DNA of 64,000 nt. It comes from Takakia lepidozioides. Taxonomy: Eukaryota > Plantae > Bryophyta. A program made the position numbers and the translations under genes. Of this stretch, positions 61,201 through 64,000 are shown piece after piece (position 1 is the stretch's first letter; each line of letters opens with the position of its first letter). The notes beneath the pieces are model-generated. The model did not search any database, was not told the DNA's origin, and saw only the letters and a program-made list of their open reading frames with translations. The stretch covers positions 27,094,001 through 27,158,000 of the forward strand of contig CM060732.1 of assembly GCA_030704615.1 (NCBI GenBank), written 5' to 3'.

Positions 61201-64000
61201 ATTACAAAGTGAGATAATAAGAGTGAGTGAAGGAGTAGAGCTGACGGACTACAGGTCTGTTTCTGCAGGGTTTAGGGTTTGGTGAGCCTGGTTTTTTTCT
61301 CTTGTGCAAGGAATTCTCCTCAGTGATCACCGATATGAGGGGTGGCTAGGGCTCATAAGTGTTTGGTGTGCCTTTAACTCCAGCTGCAGCAGCTATAAGG
61401 AACAAAAGACTTCCAGTGTCAGCTCCAGCATTCGTCCCAGCAGCTGTTGCAGCAGCGCAGCGAGCAGCTTTGAGTGCATGGGGAGGTGTGACTCCTGGGG
61501 GAAGTAAACTGCTCACAACTGTAAATGCACAAGCTACTTTCACCTCATCGACAACCTCTATCTCCAGTGGTGTATCCCAGAATGGGGGTAATTCAGCATC
61601 AAGTCCGACAGGTGGGCTTGATCCATCCACACGTGCGAGTCCCACAGGACGAATGCAGGAAACAGAAGCCAGTGTGGCTTCAGAGAGTCCTCCAGGCACC
61701 AGCAGCTTCATGAGCGCCTCGCTCCCTACCACATTGAATCCAGCAACACTGAATGCACAGCCTTTCATTCCCAGTAGTGCTTTAGCAAGCAGTGCTAGTT
61801 TGAACGGGAACATTTTGACAGCTACCAGCCCTTCTTCGGGACCAAGCATTGGCAGTGCAAATGTGGCCCCGTATGTACCCTCGGGGACTTCAGTTGCTTC
61901 AGCAGTCAGTGCTGCCCCCTATGTTCCCAAGTCCAAGCAGCAGCTACTGGCTGGAGGGGGAAGTGGGAGTGGGTTTGGAGTTGGCAGACCCTTGCCTAGT
62001 GGGCAATCACCAATGGCAATGGCAGGGCCCCCACCTCTACAAATTCGGCAACAACTTTCACAACTTCAGCAGCAAATGCAGCATCAAGCTGCTGCACAAG
62101 CTGCCCAAGCACATATGCTGGCTGCAGCTGCTCGAGGCATGGGAGGTAGTGGGCTGAGTAGCAACCCTTACCTTACTATGGATATCCCTATGGTAATGCC
62201 ACCATTCCGTTTGCCAGATGGAGATGACCCTGCACTTGGCATGACAGCTATGTCTCCTCCAAATCCTGCATTTCTGGCCAGGGTGACTGGGAATGGAAGT
62301 CTCCCAGTGCTTCCCTCTCCAGAGGCTATGGCTAGCATGGGAATTGTTGGGGATGGAACAGGGGGTTTGCAAGTTGGCAACAATTTCCTCTCCTCCCCAG
62401 TCAACTATGGCTCTGGGATACAGTCTCAGTCATCCATCAGGGCCCATCATCTACACCAGCACATGCAGAAATTGCAAATGCAGAACCAGGCCCTTTCAGG
62501 TCAAGCACTTCCCTTCTCACTGCGGCTGCCCCAAAAATCCGGTGGGCAGATGCCAGAAAAGCAGCAGCAGCTCCTGAGTTCACAGTTGGACGTAGGCATT
62601 GGGAATGACAATCGGAGTTCCTCATCATCGGCCTTGTTCTCAAGTGATCCTCAAGCGCAAGAGCATGCTCCTTCCTTGTCAGCTTCAGAGTCGGATCAAC
62701 CCTCGTCTCAACCCTCAGATGCTGCTTCTGTCCAGCAGTTACCACAGCAAGGGCAGCAACAAAACCCGCAGTCACAGCAGCAGTCACTGTCTGCGCAGCA
62801 CACTGCCCTGAAGCATCAACAACAGCAGCAACAGGTTAGTACCCTGCAATGAATCCAATGTTCCATCAACGTCTGGTGAAGTTGAGGTAATCTACTAATT
62901 TGATTTCAAGAAGGTTGAGTCTATGGTGTGGTTGTGTCACTGTATGTCCACATGGATGCACCTAAAATTGTTAGACTCCGTGAAGTCCTGGAAGATGAGA
63001 TAGATTGAGTTGAAGTCCCTAAGGCCACGAGCCAAGTTAGACTGCAGGGGAGATACTGCTCAGACGTGACAGGCCTAAAGACCCATCTACTCTCTTAAGC
63101 TTTTCCCAGTGCGTCATGAACAAGTGGACTCAAGGGACTACCTAAAGGGCCTTCCCTGGCTGGACCCTAGGCTGAAGTTTCAAGTTGGAGTATTCTATGG
63201 GAAGTAAATCTATCTCGGGGCATGATACCATGCATAGTCTGATTTACTCTTTGGAACAGAGCCCACTTTGCATGAAAGAGTGTCAATGCACCATTTTTTG
63301 CCTCATTTGATGGTGGCTGGTGGGAATCCTCACATTGAATGGAAGCTGTGGAAAATCTTTCTGGAGGAACTTAGGGAGGCTATGGCCACAAATCTACAAC
63401 AGCTTAAAGTATAATGATACATCTTCTGTGCCCCTCAGGCAGTGGTCTTATTCTTAATAGGGTGGATGGCTATTTGGCATCATGACGTCATGAGTTTCAT
63501 GTCACATCAGTGATGTGGGTTTATAAACGGATTCTATGCTCTTAATATCACACTGCCACCCTCTAGTTCTCGGACTAGCTTGGACACTGGTGGCAGTTCT
63601 AGTCATCCAACTGGGAGGAGTTGTATACTGCAGGGGCTGGCTGGAAGGATCTGGTATTCGTTGCAGGGGACATCCTTGCTGCCTGCATCACACACTAAGC
63701 AGAAACTCTCCAACCAAACATCACTGACAAGTTTGCTGCGGTTTTCCAGGCACAGCTTCAGCAACAGATACAGATACAGCAGCAGCAGCAACAGCAGCTA
63801 CGGCAAAAGCTGCATCAGCAACAACACCATTTGCAACTCCTTCAGCAACAACGCCCTCAGGTTTTCATTACAGGCATTTCAGGATGACACCTTAGACAAG
63901 ACAGACAGCTGGTATGAGATGTCCAGTTGGTTTGCAGCCACTGGCCGGGCAAGAAACCAGGCAGGATCCAGAACGGCAAACTCAGCGAAGCATCTGCCAG
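58248..64000 (+). CDS. PAN3: CCCH zinc-finger, PAM2-like, Q-rich protein, probably PAN3; 5' part only
   Basis: Phase-consistent exons 58248-58315, 59281-59384, 60465-60522, 60803-60921, 61385-62834, 63750->; N-terminal CRYWATSGTCFFGDQCNFAH; LNAQPFIP (PAM2-like) at ~61750; pseudokinase not within the window. Confidence 0.55.

Noticed and set aside
61346-62787. Antisense ORFs 61346-61849 and 62437-62787
   Set aside because: Shadows of the low-complexity plus-strand exon

Overview
Eukaryotic DNA from a non-seed land plant, inferred from GT-AG introns, a PLS-type PPR fragment, Athila-like and chromovirus Ty3/gypsy elements, and an alpha2delta-like vWA gene. About 1-53.7 kb is a nested transposon cluster. 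About 54-64 kb is host sequence: a vWA/Cache pseudogene and the 5' part of a PAN3-like gene. The cluster holds (i) a Mutator-like (MULE) element with a GCM-type zinc finger/DDE transposase and a ~63-bp-phased array of the palindrome GAATTTCGG-NN-CCGAAATTC; (ii) several copies of an Athila-like LTR family with extra 5' and 3' ORFs; (iii) a chromovirus-type Ty3/gypsy element; and (iv) LINE, foldback and other fragments. The most notable item is an 11.2-kb insertion (23327-34491) that splits one LTR. It begins with the same terminal motif as the MULE and carries an intron-containing, frameshifted gene fusing a ParB/Srx-like domain to a beta-class N6A/N4C DNA-methyltransferase fold. That gene is bracketed by about 40 helically phased copies of the palindrome GGAAATGCGG-NN-CCGCATTTCC, with further copies inside its own introns. 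This is a candidate transposon-encoded ParB-MTase/parS-like self-recognition (anti-silencing or self-marking) system. All domain calls are by motif recognition only; no database searches were run.
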